Source: Trypethelium eluteriae (Eukaryota). From it: DNA of 26,806 nt. The stretch lies in assembly GCA_051942245.1 (NCBI GenBank), contig JAVECL010000029.1:62001-88806 (forward strand). Reading direction: 5' to 3'. How positions within the stretch are numbered: the stretch's first letter is position 1; each line of letters begins with the position of its first letter. The position numbers were made by a program, and so were the translations under genes. Shown in pieces: positions 20,873-26,806 of this stretch. Below the pieces are notes generated by a model. That model was given only the letters and a program-made list of their open reading frames with translations, did no database searches and was not told the origin of the DNA.

Positions 20873-22939
20873 GAGTGGAAAAAATTAAGCAATTGGTTCA
20901 GACTTACGTGGCAAATGTCTGAAGGTAAAGGAGAAACAACGGAATGAGCTGCCCTGAGAAGCCAGGAACCCTTAAATAGGGCTTGTGAATTCAAATGTTG
21001 CGGTTAAGCTAAGAAACTATAGCGAGCTCATGATGTATCAATAAATGATAGAGACAATGGCGAGACAGTATCACCTTGCATCTAGCCTTGTTACAATACA
21101 TCATCATATGATAATCTCAATCTTTGTAAGAGCATTGACTACTCGTAAAGCTCAAACGCGTGGAAACCGTCTGCCATGCAGAATCATTCTCACCCTCTGT
21201 GTTCGGTCAATCAATAGAGTGCTGCTATCTATTTGGACTCCGCTAAAAGAGTTGCTGGAGCTCGCGTAGAATCCTTAACCAGACCATTGTGGGGGAGGTA
21301 CAGGACGCTGGCGCATTCTTACTGTTACTGTGTGATGAGCGGCATCTGCACGCCCGACCTTGCAGCGTCGGAGATTGATCCATGTCCAGATGTAGTCTTT
21401 TCGCACATAGTAAAGACACTGAGAACCTGGTGCTAGGACAATTATCATTCTATGCACAGTATTGTGTTCTTGTTTTGTCCATTCATTAATTCAAGGATCT
21501 TCGGCAGTCATTGCTCTAGAAGAGCCCTAACCGCGGGTCCTCCGGGAAGCTAGGACAGCATAGATCGTCGAGTTCTTGCAGTCGTACTGCTTTGAGGAGT
21601 CGTCCAAGTAAGAATGTCCACGACAAGATACTGTAGCATGCATTGTCTGTGTCTCGTAAGCCGACACCAGTGGATCCAGCATGGGATCCAAAACTTGAGA
21701 GGCATGGTACGGCTGTTAGTCTTACTTCTGATGCGTCAAAGATCGGCAACAGAACGTGTGGGACGCGGGGCACTTTCCTGTCTGGGCATTATGGATTGAA
21801 TGTGGATCGTATGCTCTGGTGTATCTTTGTATTCATGCATGCCGCTCCGAAAAAGACCAAAAATCACAAGGAACATTGCTTTTCTTGGGCTAGTCGCTTT
21901 GATCGACATACATGAGGTACCCCAACCAATTACAATTACTTGGGGAGATCCCTGGAAAGCCGACAAGAGATTAGTTCTCTGCGACACTCGACAATAGCAA
22001 GTGCCATCAGAGAATGAAGCCAAGCGCGGTAAGATGCTTAGCATCAGTAAACATCATGAAGGAGTTACTCCGTACGGGCTACTCCAAACAGAGAAGACGG
22101 TTCTAGCGGGAGGCGCCGCAGTTCATTCGATGGGCGCCACGCTGGTGGGTCGGGATAGCCTGGGGACTCCCTGCAGCCGTGAAGCCCAAGCACCCGATTC
22201 CGGGTGGCGCATCTTACTCCAATTCCTACCGCTGTCAAACGTGTCAGACTAGCACATCCCTGATCGCAAGATCTGCCGATCAGACTGATCGCAAAATCGG
22301 AATCTTGATCTACCACCGCCACCTTGGCACCTTGCTTCGGCTCTATCAAGTGGATGCTACTCAATTGGCAGTTTTATCGGTGACGTTCCAGCAGGGCACC
22401 GCCTGCGTGAGATTTCCGGCAAGTCCGGGCGTAGAGGTACATCATGGGCTATACCTTGCAGTGGTCCTGGAGAACAACGGGAAAGGTGAACCAGACAATG
22501 ACCATGCCGAGGCCACGAAAATTCTGTGCGGCATCTAGAGGATTGCCCTTATCAGTTCCTGCATTTCCTTAAGCGAAAGTGATCATTTTTCCGGACAAAA
22601 AGCCTGAGCATGTCCCCGGCACAGCGTCGCTCATTGCTAATTCCGTCAACGTAATGACGGAAGTAGCTGTGATATAGTCTGGGGTCTTAAGCATGACATC
22701 CGCAACGCTTTTGTGGGAAGCGACTCGTCTTCCGACAGCGACGGAGGGGTGAGCGTCTTCTAGTTCAGTTCGTGTACAACCACCTCGAGCATAGGGTTTG
22801 GATAAGAAGAGGAGAAGAGAATGTCGATAATAGAGCTCCTCATCACTTCATCTCATGTCTAGCGTCGATTGTTTCTAAGTTAGCTGCCCTTGGCTCACTC
22901 TCGAATTGTTGTTATCATCGTTCCACACTGCCGTTTACC

Positions 22940-24360
22940 ATGGGCGTCCTCCGCGGTTTGGGTCCCGCTGTGGTTGCTGTCTTAGTTGTTGAAGGTGTCG
23001 TGGCAGGAGTCTTCATCGCTGCTCGATACTTGACACGCGTGTTCATGCGAGGTAGCCCGGGCTGGGACGATTTTACACTAATGTTTACTTGGGTGAGTTA
23101 CTGAGACCTCATTAATAGGTGGTTGCTGTGACACCAACATGGTCTTGTCAAATTAATCTCTCTAGGTTCTACAAATGAGTTTCGTTGGTATGTCTATTGC
23201 CGCTTGCACACAAGGCATGGGCGCCCATTCATCAGACTTGACCATCGAGATGTTCGCAAGAGCAGTGAAGCTGGAGCTCGTAGCTCAGTTTCTTGTCTCA
23301 ATTGCTATGGGCACCAGCAAAGTCGGAGTGTCACTTTTCCTCATGAGGATTGTAACGAACAAATGGTACGCTATGGCAACCATGCCTTTCTTGTTGACTC
23401 AGTAATCATTTTCTCGACTCAAATTTGGCGCTGACTCGTTATCTTTCTCTCAGGCACAAAGCCATTTTGTGGTTTTGGAATGTTTCCATCATGACCCTCA
23501 GTATTTTCTTGGCCATTTCTGTGTACGCGCAGTGCCAGCCAGTGAAATCGATCTGGGACCCACGAATTCGCAAAGAAGTTTGTCCACTGAATCTGACAAT
23601 TATAGCCACTGTCATGTGCTGTATGACTTCTACCGATAGACAACCCCTCATGAGTGGCAATGCTGACCAAATGCGACAGCTTGGTCGGCCGCTATGGACT
23701 TTTTCTTAGCCCTCTTTCCCTGGTACGTTTTGAGGAACTTGAATATGAAGCGAAGGGAGAGGATAACTATCTGTGCTTCCCTGAGCCTTGGCATTTTGTA
23801 AGCAAAATGCAGTGTCGTGGATAATTGTACCGCTAATCTTACAAGCGCGGGCACCTGTGGAGTAATCAGAACGACTGGGCTTGATGCTCTAAGTAAAACA
23901 TCAGATTACCTTTGTAAGTCATCTAAGATTAGTGCGATTACTTTCCATTTGCATGAACGGATCTGACCAAGCTTTTGCAGATGAGACTAGTCCATCGGTG
24001 ATGTGGACTTCGAGTGAAATGACGTTGACAATTATTTGTGTATCTGTACCAGCTCTTCGACCTCTCTGGAAAGGACTTTCTACCCGCGGATTCTCATCAA
24101 GTGGTGGCTATCAGCAGTATCATGATGGCTCAGGCCAGAATGACGTCCCAATAGAATTCAGGAATCTCCCGACCAGTGACAAGCAACATGGTTACGAGGC
24201 AAGTGCTGCCCGTAGCCCTGCAAAGGCGGACGACAATGATTCCGATACATGCATACTTGAACACGGCAACGGGCGTATGGGTGGAATTCATCGGAAGCAA
24301 GACATTGAATTGGTCTACGAGGAAGAAGTGGCCGCTACGACTTCGAGGCAGCATTTGTAG
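22940..24360 (+). CDS. PTH11-like fungal rhodopsin-domain integral membrane protein (7-TM, no CFEM), ~361 aa
   Basis: Exons 22940-23092, 23166-23365, 23454-23620, 23680-23797, 23846-23913 and 23981-24360 sum to 1086 nt. Motifs RYLTR..GWDD, GMGAH, SKVGVSLFLMRI, QCQPVKSIWD, DFFLALFPW, LNMKRRER, SLSLGIFAG and WTSSEMTLTIICVSVPALRPL. Confidence 0.93.
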
Positions 24361-25880
24361 ACTGCTAATTCTCTAACCGAACCCATATATCTGTTGGCTC
24401 GACCCCGAATTAGGACCTGGGTTCATGCTTGTCATGCTTACTTAGAAAACCACTCATATGTAAAGCTCCCGAGAAGAAACTCGCAGCAAAGCCTACGAAG
24501 AGAGCAATGGCAGTTTAATGAGGAAAGATCAACAGTGCACGGATGAATCAGCACCAAACTCGACCAAGCTCAACATTAATCATATGATATCTTCCAAACT
24601 TCTAAGCCCTAGTCAGGAGGTTTCAACTTCATCACTTTACTTGGTACGGCAAAGAAGAGACGAATGTCGAAATGATGCGCATCCTGCTTCCTTGTCGTGG
24701 GGCTCCGCTTGATATGGCTCTCAGAGCTAGCAAGGCAGACGTAAATGCACGTATGAGACGGTTTGCAAGTTGGACTTGTGCTCTAGTGTGGCTCGTGCAG
24801 ACTTGCTTTGGTTTCATACTCAAGAGCTTCATTCATCTCAACCGGGGTTCCGGGTAAATAAATCTGGAGACAATAGCAAAGATGCGATGGGTTGCGTTAC
24901 TAGAGTCCGTCCTAGAAAAACCCACCGACAAGACCTTGATCAGTCTCGAGAAGCTGGGACGGGGATAGGTGCTAAGCTCCCTTGCAGGCCATGCACTGTT
25001 TAGGCAGAGTGGCGAATAGAATTCCAAATTCTCAACCCACGGGCGCTATCGTGGAAACTGTGTTTACAACATTGGATGCATGGGCATAACAATCTGTAAA
25101 TGGACTGCCTTTCTCTGTTTCTTGACCCTCAAAGGGCCTCCCTAACGACACGATAGACGCTTGGGCTCTCTGAATTTCAGCCTATTGAGAGAATGAAGCT
25201 TGGCAGTTGTTATATTTGAACCTCCCACATTTAGTTTATCTTAAAGTCAAGTCTGTCACACAGCCGTTCGATAGACTGGGGGCTTTGTGCTGCTGTGCTC
25301 TCCGCATCCGCCGCTTTCCGAATCACAGATCTTCGCCTTTGTCCTACAGCCGTGTCTCTTGTGGATCTTATTAACAAACCAGGATGTGGAGAAAACTGCA
25401 CATTGGGATGGAAAAAGGGTCGTGAGGCAATGTGATTGATACAACGATGTTGTCGCTTGTGATGCGCTTCCCAGAGATCTCGGAAGCATGATATTCTAGC
25501 TGCGTGACCTAATGCGCTGGGATGAACTGTACCTACCTTGCATCTCATCGCACTGCAACCCCGCTCTGCCGGCTGGCCTCGTCCCGCATCCCCGGTGCTT
25601 GGGAAGAGGTACTGTAGTGCATTCACCGATACGATGAGCTGTTGAGCCCATCAGACTCGCCTTGCTCTACCAAGCCAGGTACCCTAGCCACCGCTAGCAG
25701 CCTTACCTCGGCCTAGCGGTGCAGTAACCCCTGCGGAGTAAGGTCTAAGATTCTAATACTCCATACTCTATGCTCATTTCCATGTATGGCTCTACGCGGC
25801 TATGAAGACTCATCTAAAAAGGGGTTCGCCTAGTCTCAATTGATGCTGAAACGAGAGGCGACATCTATGACATCTTGCAT

Positions 25881-26787
25881 TTATCCGTGGCCGGGAAACG
25901 CCACTCCTAAGGCGGAATGAGTCTTGCTCCGCAAGGTCTTCCCGTATCGATAAAGGGGAAACTATTCCACAGATGAGTATCCGCTGATTGATAGCGACTT
26001 CGGTCTAAGTCTTACTGGTTGTCAGCATGGCACCATCGTTAAGGTGAGGAACCAAAGCAGCGAGCTTACCCATTGATATCCGAGAGTTTCGTACACTAAC
26101 GAAAATAACATTAGTGATACACTTTAACACACTTATGCCGAGACTGACTATGATTGCCAAATAAAGGCAATGCTGCGGCAAAGCAACTTCGAACGACTAC
26201 GTTCCTGGCCAAGGGGCTGGCTGCGTATAACGAGTACTTGACCAATAGTCAGTATCTTCCCTTTATCCTTGGGCAGTCCTCTGTCCAGGGACTTACAACA
26301 TCGGTGAGAACGGCGAAAATGCAGTTGAAGGAGAGAAAAGCCCTAATAGGATCGGCAACTCAAGTGTCGACGACATCGGTAATACTCGGATCCCGTCCAA
26401 CTCTGCACCAAATAGCACTGAGCGTATGATAGGGACTATCGAACGAATCGAAGGAGGTTGAGCCCATCCAAACCAGAAAAGGCTGGTCGGGATCAAGACA
26501 AAGCGTGAGAGTGCTGGTGGAAGCCTTAACTGGGGCGGAGGACCATTCGGATTTGGAATCCCTTCCTGCTTTTGTCACAAGAGGTAGATAGCTCCTGCGC
26601 CGGAGCGTATCTAAAATCACTGCAAAAAGCATTCTGCAACTAAACCTCAAGGTCATTCCAACCTGCCAGTCGTTGAACTCATGGTAGGTCTTGAAGATGA
26701 TCGAGAGTGCGGTGAAGAATAGATAAAGAGTTACAAGGAGAATAGCTGCGAAAAGGTCCAGGCATAGCCAAATTGGCCCCGAAACTT
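25881..26787 (-). pseudogene. Decayed MFS drug:H+ antiporter DHA1 (12-TM) gene, 3' half; 5' half beyond the window
   Basis: Recognisable DHA1 C-half blocks LYLFF..IF...HEFNDWQVGMT, PQLRLPPA..LIPTSLFWFGW, YSLYAAS.LA....RSCFAAALPLFG, MYETLGYQW.SLL.FL and YRYGKTLRSK, with residual introns (e.g. 26237-26296, 25962-26015). Lesions: frameshift near 26540-26577, apparent compensating indels at ~26632-26650, in-frame TGA at 26022-26024. Confidence 0.85.
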
Positions 26788-26806
26788 CCCCCCCCCCCCC
26801 CCCCCC
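26788..26806. repeat. Poly-C homopolymer (at least 19 nt) at the end of the window
   Basis: Read directly; the sequence terminates inside the run. Confidence 0.95.

Noticed and set aside
22260..22300. 16-bp imperfect direct repeat CTGATCGCAARATCKG x2
   Set aside because: Only two copies with no spacer array; not CRISPR-like and likely a local duplication.
22290..22400. Minus-strand KQGAKVAVVDQD preceded by VTDKTA, reminiscent of a third SDR relic
   Set aside because: No TGxxxGxG or YxxxK recoverable; the match is too short to support.
6065..24360. Secondary-metabolite biosynthetic gene cluster
   Set aside because: No PKS, NRPS, terpene synthase, DMATS, P450 or pathway regulator in the window.
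25689..25721. 9-bp inverted repeat CACCGCTAG/CTAGCGGTG
   Set aside because: Isolated hairpin between convergent gene ends, with no target-site duplication or second copy seen.

Overview
Eukaryotic DNA from a filamentous ascomycete (Pezizomycotina-type short GT-AG introns with CTRAY-like branch sites), so the ORF track gives only exon fragments and I reconstructed spliced models by hand. The left part is housekeeping-like: the 5' part of condensin kleisin BRN1/cnd2 (-, runs off the left edge), divergent from a CCX-family cation/Ca2+ exchanger (+), then a DHA2 14-TM MFS efflux pump (-) and a secreted GH18 class III chitinase (-). A ~5.1 kb gap with no recognisable gene (10575-15720) holds one probable coding relic. 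The right part looks accessory: two short-chain dehydrogenases (-), a divergently transcribed atypical sugar porter (+), a PTH11-like 7-TM protein (+), and a decayed DHA1 MFS pseudogene (-) cut by a terminal C19 run. The best candidate for an undescribed system is the SDR-SDR-sugar porter(-PTH11-like) module. It has opposite predicted cofactor preferences, a transporter with a remodelled substrate/proton site, and clustered GGCTAA (XlnR-type) promoter motifs. This is inference, not demonstration. I recognised no tRNA, rRNA, CRISPR array or transposon.
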